Assembly: GCA_039818205.1 (NCBI GenBank)
Contig: JBCBUK010000004.1
Location: 72,302 to 136,301 of the forward strand
Reading direction: 5' to 3'
Source of the DNA: Verrucomicrobiota bacterium
Lineage (GTDB): Bacteria > Verrucomicrobiota > Verrucomicrobiia > Opitutales > Cerasicoccaceae
DNA: 64,000 nt
A model generated the notes under the pieces. It was not told the origin of the DNA. It saw only the letters and a list, made by a program, of their open reading frames with translations, and did not search any database. Numbering within the stretch: the stretch's first letter is position 1; every line of letters starts with the position of its first letter. Below, piece after piece: positions 49,460-57,082 of the stretch. The translations under genes and the position numbers were made by a program.

Positions 49460-50280
49460 TACCCCTTTTTTGCTGCCTGCCTGGCCCGGAAACCGGTGTT
49501 GGCGTGTTCTTTCTTGTCGGTTGTGAGCCATGCTAGGATGGCGGAGAGGTTGTCGCCGGGCAGAAGTGGCAGAGGCCCTTTGTTGGGAAGGTAGATTCGG
49601 CTTTCGCACAAGGGGACCAATTTTTTGTCCAGACCCTCGGGGCGATCGCTCAAAATAATTGCGGATGGGCGGCCCGGGGCGCGGGGTGGTTTGTCCCACT
49701 TTGGACGGCTGGCACCTGGTCCACCGATACCGATCGCGAGGAAGTGAGATTCCAGCGGCTTCATCAGCGGGAGTAGCTTTCCGATCCGATAGCAGCGAAT
49801 ATGTTCCAACGCACCGTGGCTTCCGCTGTAGACGGCTCCATCGAGCTTGGCTTGCTCATCATTGTCGGCGAGGAGTGCTCGGCGCAGGCCAAAACTAACT
49901 GCGACGCGGAGCATCCGGCCCAGCTCGATCGGGTCGAGAATGCGGTCGATGATCAGTAGCGGCTCTCCGCTTTTCTGCCAATCGGCCAAGTGGGAAATTT
50001 GGAATTTGGGCTGGAGCGGCGGGTCAATAAATGCGATCAGGCCGTCGTGGTTTGGATGTTTGACCACACGGGTGAGCCGGTCATGGGTCTGCTGGGAATA
50101 GGAGCGCTTTTGGTCGGCCAGGTAGTGACAGATCTGGCCCATGCTACCCTGATTCTCTTCGGTTAGCCAAAGCTTTCGGAGGGCCTTGGGCCGATTCTCG
50201 TAAGTGGACTCGATCGCGGCTCGGCCGCAGATGATCCAATCCTCGGCGGGCGTTTGGTTGGCTGGAATGGGGGTGCTCAT
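49459..50280 (-). CDS. TrmH/SpoU-family RNA methyltransferase-like protein (degenerate motifs)
   Basis: N-terminal ICG..A.......RP..LRKLWL substrate-binding domain, HDGL, DRILDP..LG..LR, PEGL. Confidence 0.7.
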   Translation of the reverse strand: MSTPIPANQTPAEDWIICGRAAIESTYENRPKALRKLWLTEENQGSMGQICHYLADQKRSYSQQTHDRLTRVVKHPNHDGLIAFIDPPLQPKFQISHLADWQKSGEPLLIIDRILDPIELGRMLRVAVSFGLRRALLADNDEQAKLDGAVYSGSHGALEHIRCYRIGKLLPLMKPLESHFLAIGIGGPGASRPKWDKPPRAPGRPSAIILSDRPEGLDKKLVPLCESRIYLPNKGPLPLLPGDNLSAILAWLTTDKKEHANTGFRARQAAKKG

Positions 50281-50588
50281 GCGTTGTCGGTGCGTTGATC
50301 CTTGGATCGATTAGGCAATGGGTATTGCCGGGCGGCGGCCAGAATTGGCGGTATCAATGAGCGTCTAAAATTCATCGTAAGAGTCAGAACGGAAATTTTG
50401 CGGTCTGCAAGCCTAGTTCCGATGAGTGTGCGACCGCGAAATCGGGGAAATCGTTAACGGTAGAACGCGTTGATTGAGAGGGCAGCTGAGATGACGTTCA
50501 TTTGATGACTCACTGTTGCGGGATCTCAAGTACCGGTTCCTCGAATCGATAATGGACTATTTTGCGGGTCTCAGGTATCACAGATCGT

Positions 50589-51419
50589 ATGTCTACTGCA
50601 CGCTACTTTGTGATTGCCATGCTCACGGTGTGGGCGCCCTCGGCCCTAACGGCTGAAACCCTGACCTTTACGGGCGCCTCAAGCCGTAGTTGGTTTGATG
50701 TTGGAAACTGGAATGTCTTCGCCACGGGACAACCGGCTGGAGCGATTCCGGGAGCTACGGACGATGTAGTCGTTGATGGCGTAACTTTGGAGGTGCCCTC
50801 CAGCTTCGCGAGTCCAGCAAGCGTCCAGTTCAACAACCTTTCACTACTCAACAACGCCATACTGAACCTCAACGAAGGAGCGCTTTTCACCTTAAACGCC
50901 GCCTCGGGCGATGGCACGGCGTCCCTGAATACTTTTAGTGCAGGCGTGCAACCGGCAGGAGGCTTTGCGTCTGTAGGCGGCAGCATGAGGCTCAACCCAA
51001 GCGCCTTGTCCTCGACGGCGGCTGTCGCCACCGGGAGCGTCACCACGTTTTTTGGACTCGGCGGAACGACTCCAGCCAGTATTGGTAGCTACGGCAGCGG
51101 GCATTACGCGACGATCTCGTCGCCGGATGTTCAGCTGCAAGGAGACATCGACGTCGGGCTGTTTTACGGCTTTGTCCCAACCGCGGGCGACTCGTTCTTG
51201 ATTGTTGACGTCGGCACGTCGCTGACTGGTACCTTTGCCAATGCCGCCGAAGGCGCCGCAATTGCACGCTTTGGCGACGTCGATCTGACTATCACTTACA
51301 CCGGTGGGGACGGAAATGACGTTGCTCTCAATGCGGTTGCCGTTCCTGAACCAGCTGCGTTCGCGGGACTGTTGGGTTTGAGCGTTTTTGTCATCGCAAT
51401 GCGGCGCAACCGCAGATGA
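50589..51419 (+). CDS. PEP-CTERM sorting-domain exoprotein
   Basis: Signal peptide, W....NW motif, YTGGDGNDV.L, C-terminal VPEP-TM-RRNRR. Confidence 0.9.
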   Translation: MSTARYFVIAMLTVWAPSALTAETLTFTGASSRSWFDVGNWNVFATGQPAGAIPGATDDVVVDGVTLEVPSSFASPASVQFNNLSLLNNAILNLNEGALFTLNAASGDGTASLNTFSAGVQPAGGFASVGGSMRLNPSALSSTAAVATGSVTTFFGLGGTTPASIGSYGSGHYATISSPDVQLQGDIDVGLFYGFVPTAGDSFLIVDVGTSLTGTFANAAEGAAIARFGDVDLTITYTGGDGNDVALNAVAVPEPAAFAGLLGLSVFVIAMRRNRR

Positions 51420-51600
51420 TCCAGTGCCCAGTCAGAGCTCGGTAGACTGGATGGGCGGTGAGTAGTGATTGGAGCTGGTCGATATTTGTTAGTCGGTATT
51501 TAGGTGTCCGATATTATAGCTTGCAGAAAGTTGTCGAACCGCAATACTTGGTCGTGAGTGTCTCTTAAAAGTTTTCGGTAAATTTTAAGATTTATTTATC

Positions 51601-52398
51601 ATGATTATCTACGGTTCTCGAATGTATGGCCGATCGAACGAAGTTCGAAGTAAAGGGCGATGCGAACACTGCGGCGTTCACGGCAATTTGCATAGTTACG
51701 ATGGCAGAAAATGGGGACACTTGTATTTTATCCCATTAGTCCCCTCGGGTGGTAAGGTGCGCGTCCTTCGCGAATGCAAGAGCTGCAATGTGGGCAGCCA
51801 TATTCCGATCGAGACGATTCCAACCATTGCCGAGTCGATGCGCGAGAACCTGGATCAGGCGATTATTGCGGCTGGTGCCCAACAGACACACTTTGAGGCC
51901 GAAGGGCAATCGGTCTCCACAATTGCGGTTATCGGCAGTAACATTGAGGACATGTATTGTATGCTTGGCGAGGAGGAGACTGTCCAAATTCTGGATAGTC
52001 TTCGATCTGTCGGTCAGGGGCCGGAACTCATATTGGCCGAGGCGAAATATGCGGAAACAAAAGGGCATCGGGATGCGGCTCATCAAAAGTATACCGAGCT
52101 AAGCCAGTTGACGAAAGATCCCATCGCGCAGTTTCATCATGCTAGTTTTCTGTTCGATCATGGGATGGTTGAGGAGGCGATTGCGGTGGCTGAGCCTTTA
52201 GAGATGGAGCATGTGGAAGATTTGGGCCTGAAGGATTTTCTCATCAAATGCTATACTGCCACCAAGCAGTGGACGAAGCTCGCGGATACCTACGAAAACT
52301 GTTTCCTGATTGTGCCCGAGAGCCTGCAAGACAAGAAGATCTACAAGGATTATAAGAAGGCCTGTAAGAAAGCTGGCCGCACGCCGCAGAAGAAATAG
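51601..52398 (+). CDS. Zinc-ribbon + TPR-like protein
   Basis: MIIYG, CEHCG, RKWGHLYFIPLVP, CKSC zinc ribbon; helical C-terminal part. Confidence 0.75.
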   Translation: MIIYGSRMYGRSNEVRSKGRCEHCGVHGNLHSYDGRKWGHLYFIPLVPSGGKVRVLRECKSCNVGSHIPIETIPTIAESMRENLDQAIIAAGAQQTHFEAEGQSVSTIAVIGSNIEDMYCMLGEEETVQILDSLRSVGQGPELILAEAKYAETKGHRDAAHQKYTELSQLTKDPIAQFHHASFLFDHGMVEEAIAVAEPLEMEHVEDLGLKDFLIKCYTATKQWTKLADTYENCFLIVPESLQDKKIYKDYKKACKKAGRTPQKK

Positions 52399-52414
52399 GA
52401 TCGGGGAAGAAACA

Positions 52415-52810
52415 TTGAAGACCTACGTTCAATTCAAATCCGATAAGTTTCCTCCCTATGAAAATGAAGAAGAGGAGATAAATCCTGGTCTCTGGGGACG
52501 TCGGTTGGCGGAATATTTATTTACCCATCTAAAGGAAAAAGGAATCCCAACCGAAGAGCCGATTGCGGAAGACTGGGGCTACTACATTCCCATCGAGAAT
52601 AAAGAATTTCGACTGGCTATCTGCTGCGGACACCAAAATGGAGACGACGATGAGTTTCTGTGCTTCACGGAACCAAGGACTCCAACCGTCAAAAAGCTAT
52701 TCAAGAAGATCGATGCTTCGACTCAGCTAGAACGCATAACGAAAGCGATGAACGAAATCTTTAGCTCTGATCCGGAGATTAGAGAGCTCGAATGGACTGA
52801 ACCATTCTAA
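52415..52810 (+). CDS. Hypothetical protein in a cassette-like unit
   Basis: TTG start at 52415 after a purine-rich stretch; EEINPG.WG..LA.YL and EDWGY motifs; more A/T-rich than neighbours. Confidence 0.75.
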   Translation: MKTYVQFKSDKFPPYENEEEEINPGLWGRRLAEYLFTHLKEKGIPTEEPIAEDWGYYIPIENKEFRLAICCGHQNGDDDEFLCFTEPRTPTVKKLFKKIDASTQLERITKAMNEIFSSDPEIRELEWTEPF

Positions 52811-52811
52811 T

Positions 52812-52887
52812 CACGAACCAGCCAGGGGATGACAACTCCGAGTCGTGCTTGCCGCACTACTCTCAGCGAATCCCCTTCACGATCGGG
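52812..52887 (+). mobile_element. attC-like integron cassette recombination site (degenerate)
   Basis: CACGAAC (R''-like) just after the stop; imperfect palindrome AGGGGAT/ATCCCCT, GAGT/ACTC, GTGC/GCAC; ends in GATCGGG where GTT is expected. Confidence 0.55.
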
Positions 52888-53021
52888 TGGTGGTTGATTC
52901 GTCGGTGGAGTCTATCCGAACGGGTCCTACGCGTTATCCCAAATTGAGGGGTTAGGAATAGCTTTGCTTGCCATTGTTGGGAGAACCCGTTAGCGAGTTT
53001 TTGGAAATACTGCTTCTGGCT

Positions 53022-53459
53022 ATGGAATTAACGGCGTTTACTGACTACTCTCTGCGAGTGCTTATGTTTTTGGCACAGAACGATGGTCGGCAGTCGTCGA
53101 TTGATGAGCTGGCCGAGTATTATGACCTGTCTCGCCACCATGTGGCCAAGATCACAGGCCGTTTGTCCAAGGCAGGCTTTTTGGTTTCCAGTCGTGGCAA
53201 ACACGGCGGAGTTGCATTGGCGATGGATGCAAAAGACATCAACTTGGCGGCGGTCGTTAAGCAGACCGAACCGCATTTTAACCTGGTTGAGTGTTTCGCG
53301 GACGGGAAAAATGGCTGCCGCTTGAGCGAATGTTGCCGCTTAAAAGGCATCCTGCTCGGTGCTCGTGCACAATTTTTTAGTTATCTGGAAAAATTTACCC
53401 TCGCGGATGCCGTTGCCGGAAAATGGCCAGCGCCAGCCGAGGTGTCCGGATCTAAGTGA
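53022..53459 (+). CDS. nsrR: Rrf2-family regulator, NsrR-like
   Basis: MELTAFTDYSLRVLMFL, S.HH..KI, RGKHGG, EPHFNLVECF....C.....CRLK (three Fe-S cysteines). Confidence 0.85.
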   Translation: MELTAFTDYSLRVLMFLAQNDGRQSSIDELAEYYDLSRHHVAKITGRLSKAGFLVSSRGKHGGVALAMDAKDINLAAVVKQTEPHFNLVECFADGKNGCRLSECCRLKGILLGARAQFFSYLEKFTLADAVAGKWPAPAEVSGSK

Positions 53460-53505
53460 TTACGGCGTTTCAGTCCGTATTACTGTTTGGGCATGAGTTT
53501 AATTC

Positions 53506-53520
53506 ATGCATCAAATGCAT
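53506..53520. promoter_or_regulatory. ATGCAT-N3-ATGCAT element, possible second Rrf2 site
   Basis: ATGCATcaaATGCAT in the AT-rich gap after nsrR. Confidence 0.4.
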
Positions 53521-53562
53521 TTTTTTGAATAGGAATTTTTCAAGAATCTTGGATCATTTTTA

Positions 53563-53587
53563 AAAGTGGCATTCTCGATGCTATTTT
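53563..53587. promoter_or_regulatory. Putative NsrR operator
   Basis: AAAGTGGCAT-tctcg-ATGCTATTTT: inverted repeat (8/10) with a CAT-N5-ATG core, 41 bp before the operon start. Confidence 0.55.
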
Positions 53588-53628
53588 GGGTTCGCAATTA
53601 TTCGACTTCACCCAAAACGACTAGCATC

Positions 53629-54234
53629 ATGAAAAAAACGATTATCGCTATTGCGCTTGGTATGGGCGCGATTGGTACCGCTGGGTTAATTACTGGCTGT
53701 TCTGATTCCGGGGCCAAGGAAGCTGCGGCTCCTCCCGGTGTTTCCTTCGAAAAACTCACCGACGCACTGCACATGGTGCTCGAGAACGACCGCACCGTTT
53801 ACACGCAGAAGGTCGTCAACCGTCTCGTCAAGGACGACAAAGTCATCAAAGCCAGTGAACACTGGACCGAAGACAAAGCCTTGCCACTTCCCGCTCAAAT
53901 GTTCCGCATGGGCGCTGAATTGACCGCCGAAAAGGACGCTTGGTTCAACTACTCATTGCAGTCGCTGTGGCCGATCAACAAGTCGAACGCTGCTGGCCAA
54001 ACTGCAATTGAGAAAGAAGGCCTTGAGTTTGTTGCGGCCAATGGTGGCTCGGCACCGTTCTATGGTAAAGAGACCTTGGGCGGCCAAGAGTATTTCACTG
54101 CGGTATACGCAGACGTTGCCGTTGCGCCGGTTTGTGTGACCTGCCACAACGAGCACAAGGATAGCCCAAAGACTGACTTCAAACTTGGAGATGTCATGGG
54201 TGGTGTTGTGATTCGCATCCCAATGGACTCCTAG
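53629..54234 (+). CDS. DUF3365/Tll0287-like monohaem c lipoprotein
   Basis: Lipobox ITGC, LPLPAQMFR, SLWPIN, CVTCH, DFKLGDVMGGVVIRIP. Start at ATG 53629. Confidence 0.85.
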   Translation: MKKTIIAIALGMGAIGTAGLITGCSDSGAKEAAAPPGVSFEKLTDALHMVLENDRTVYTQKVVNRLVKDDKVIKASEHWTEDKALPLPAQMFRMGAELTAEKDAWFNYSLQSLWPINKSNAAGQTAIEKEGLEFVAANGGSAPFYGKETLGGQEYFTAVYADVAVAPVCVTCHNEHKDSPKTDFKLGDVMGGVVIRIPMDS

Positions 54235-54244
54235 TGCCTGTGGT

Positions 54245-54682
54245 GTGAAAAATCTATTCTGGATCAACGCCAGTTTGGCAAGTGTTGCCCTGCTAGTGTC
54301 TGCCCTCCTGGGCGGATGCGGCGGGGACGACGCGTCTTCTGAGGCTGAGGTGAAGCGTCCTGACGCGACTCCCGCCAAAGCGGAACGTCTGGATCCCATG
54401 GCCTTGGTGCTGACTGATCCAAAATTAACTGAAGGGCGAGACATTTGGATTCCAAAGTGTGGGCAATGCCACCTCACCGGCTTAGGCGGTGCGCCGATTA
54501 TCGGCGATAAGGAAGCCTGGGCAGACCGCATCGCACAGGGTAACGAGACGTTGTATGATCACGCGATCAACGGATTCTCTGGGCCGAAGATGCTGATCAT
54601 GCCACCCAAAGGCGGTTTCTCCGAGTTGACCGATGACCAGGTCAAGCTTGCGGTGGACTTCGTCGTTTTCGCCAGCCAGTAG
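54245..54682 (+). CDS. Cytochrome c5-like lipoprotein
   Basis: Lipobox LGGC, CGQCH..G..GAP.IGD..AW..R, MPPKGG. Confidence 0.88.
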   Translation: MKNLFWINASLASVALLVSALLGGCGGDDASSEAEVKRPDATPAKAERLDPMALVLTDPKLTEGRDIWIPKCGQCHLTGLGGAPIIGDKEAWADRIAQGNETLYDHAINGFSGPKMLIMPPKGGFSELTDDQVKLAVDFVVFASQ

Positions 54683-54716
54683 CTGACCATTTAAAATCGA
54701 AAAGGAAAGAAATAAT

Positions 54717-55094
54717 ATGAGTACTCTATATGATAAGTTGGGTGGCGAACCAGCCATCGACGCCGCTGTCGACATTTTCTACGTCAAGGTTTTGGCGGAT
54801 GACCGTATCAAGCACTTCTTTGAAGGTATCGATATGGACAAAATGCGCGACCACCAGAAAAAGTTTCTCACCTTCGCCTTTGGCGGACCAAGCCGTTACT
54901 CCGGTCGCAGCATGGGCCCAGCACACGCGCGCCTGGTTGAAGAGATGGGTTTGAATGACACGCACTTTGACGCGGTTATCGAAAACCTTGGTGCAACCTT
55001 GGTTGAGTTGAATGTTCCCGAAGAACTGATCAACGAAGCCGCTGGTATCGCCCTTAGCGTACGGGATGACGTCCTTGGGCGCGCACCGGCTTAA
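54717..55094 (+). CDS. glbN: Group I truncated haemoglobin
   Basis: LYDKLGGEPAI.AAVD.FY.KVLAD, HQKKFL.FAFGGP..Y.GR.M..AH, HFDAV. Confidence 0.92.
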   Translation: MSTLYDKLGGEPAIDAAVDIFYVKVLADDRIKHFFEGIDMDKMRDHQKKFLTFAFGGPSRYSGRSMGPAHARLVEEMGLNDTHFDAVIENLGATLVELNVPEELINEAAGIALSVRDDVLGRAPA

Positions 55095-55108
55095 GGCGAA
55101 CAAACATC

Positions 55109-57082
55109 TTGGGTAAAACAACTCCCAGTTCTGACGCCGACCCGCTTGTCATTGTTGGCAATGGTATGGTGAGTTGGCGTCTTTGTCAGCAGCTGGTGGA
55201 CCGCGGGGTTCACCAGCAGCGCAAGATTGTTGTATTCGGTGAGGAACCACGGGCTGCCTATGACCGGGTTAACCTCACCAAAATGTTTGGCCTCACCGAT
55301 CCAGACGAACTGTTGTTGGCGAAGGCAGAGTGGTATGATAAGCACGCGATTCGCCGTGAATCTGATCGCCACATCCTTTCGATCGACCGGGAAGCGCAAA
55401 CGGTTCTCGACGACGGGGGAAACCTTACGTCCTTCTCGGACTGCGTGATTGCCACGGGTAGTCGCGCATTCGTGCCAGAGATTGATGGCGCTCGCCTACC
55501 GGGTGTCTTTGTTTATCGGACGATCGCAGACGTCGAAGCGATCAAAGAGGCCGCAACCTCGGCTAAGCGCGGATTAGTCGTCGGTGGCGGATTGTTGGGC
55601 CTGGAAGCGGCGGATGAGCTGCGCCGCCAGGGAATTGAGACCTGCATTGTGCAGAGCTCAAACTGTTTGATGAGCCGGCAGCTGAATCCGGATAGTGCGG
55701 GTTATCTCCTGCGTGAAGTCGCGAGTTTGGGCATGAGCGTTCGGCTCACCACGCGAACGGAATCGATCGAGCAAGTCGACTGTCACCTCCGGGTCAATTT
55801 TGACCAGGGTGAACCGATGGACGTCGACCTGGTGGTACTCGCGGCTGGCGTTCGCCCTCGCGATGAACTCGCCCACGATGCTGAGCTTCCGGTGGCCATT
55901 CGTGGCGGAATCATCATCGATGACAATTTACAAACTGAAGACCCCAACGTGTTTGCGATTGGGGAATGTGTCTCACACCACGGTGTCCTGTATGGCATCG
56001 TTGCCCCAGGTTACCAACAAGCGGACTGCTTGGCAGCTCGATTTGCCGGTGAGAATAAACAATACGAGGGCAGTGACCAATCGTGCCGGCTTAAGCTACT
56101 CGGCGTCGAGGTCAGCGTATTTGGAGACTATTTTGGAGAAGGCTTGACCCATGTCTACCGCGGAGCGGACAGCTACCGATCGATTGTCACCCAACGGGGT
56201 CGATTGATTGGGGCAACGGTGGTCGGTGAGTGGAAGCATACGACTCTAATCGAACGTGCCGTTCAGGAGCGGCGCCCACTGAGCCAGAAGCTCTGCGATG
56301 AGTTTGCACTGACCGGCGAGCTCTTCCGTGACACACAAGAAGAGACTGTGTTGTCGTGGCCCGATAGGGCCTTGATTTGTCATTGCACGAGCACGAATTG
56401 TGGTGTCTTGCGCGAGGCGGTTATGGGCGGTTGCGCGACGGTTAAAGAGCTATCGTCTAAGACGGGCGCCGGCAGCGTTTGTGGATCATGCATTCCACAG
56501 CTGGCGGAATTTGTTGGTGAAGATGGCCAAGCACTGGCTGCAGCGGGAGCGCCGAAGGGTAAACTGCTCCTTACGATTTCCGCGGTCATTGGTTTCATCA
56601 TGGTTCTGGTGTTTTTCTTTGTTCCAGGACTCCCGGCAGCCGAATCGGTCCAAACCTCCTACTATGAGTTTACTCAGATCTGGCAGGATTCGATAACGAA
56701 GCAAATTACGGGGTATACCCTGGCGGGGATTTCCGTGGTGGCCTTATTGTTGTCGGTACGGAAGCGCATCAAATTTATTTCCTTCGGGAACTATGGTTTC
56801 TGGCGGGCGGCCCATTCATGGCTCGGGGTTTCAACCATCGTGGTGTTGTTTTTCCATACGGGCCTACACTTGGGCGAGAATCTAAACCTCTGGCTGTTGA
56901 TGTGTTTCCTTGGATTGAATCTGGCCGGAGCAATGGCGGCAATTGCGGTGGCCACCGAGAAACGGTTCAGCGGATTCTGGGGAATGCGTCTGCGGCGATG
57001 GGCTCTTTCGTCACATTTGGTCTTTTTTATTCCGTACCCAGTGCTGCTTGGGTTCCACATCGCTAAGGTTTATCTCTACTGA
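55109..57082 (+). CDS. NirB-like NAD(P)H/FAD oxidoreductase + BFD-type [2Fe-2S] + C-terminal membrane domain
   Basis: VIVGNGMV, YDRVNL, VGGGLLGLEAA, FAIGEC, LKLLGV; ICHC...TGAGSVCGSC; then about five TM helices with His residues; no sirohaem domain. Start codon uncertain. Confidence 0.85.
   Translation: MGKTTPSSDADPLVIVGNGMVSWRLCQQLVDRGVHQQRKIVVFGEEPRAAYDRVNLTKMFGLTDPDELLLAKAEWYDKHAIRRESDRHILSIDREAQTVLDDGGNLTSFSDCVIATGSRAFVPEIDGARLPGVFVYRTIADVEAIKEAATSAKRGLVVGGGLLGLEAADELRRQGIETCIVQSSNCLMSRQLNPDSAGYLLREVASLGMSVRLTTRTESIEQVDCHLRVNFDQGEPMDVDLVVLAAGVRPRDELAHDAELPVAIRGGIIIDDNLQTEDPNVFAIGECVSHHGVLYGIVAPGYQQADCLAARFAGENKQYEGSDQSCRLKLLGVEVSVFGDYFGEGLTHVYRGADSYRSIVTQRGRLIGATVVGEWKHTTLIERAVQERRPLSQKLCDEFALTGELFRDTQEETVLSWPDRALICHCTSTNCGVLREAVMGGCATVKELSSKTGAGSVCGSCIPQLAEFVGEDGQALAAAGAPKGKLLLTISAVIGFIMVLVFFFVPGLPAAESVQTSYYEFTQIWQDSITKQITGYTLAGISVVALLLSVRKRIKFISFGNYGFWRAAHSWLGVSTIVVLFFHTGLHLGENLNLWLLMCFLGLNLAGAMAAIAVATEKRFSGFWGMRLRRWALSSHLVFFIPYPVLLGFHIAKVYLY

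Noticed and set aside
55109..57082. Calling this gene nirB
   Set aside because: It lacks the sirohaem/[4Fe-4S] domain and there is no nirD.
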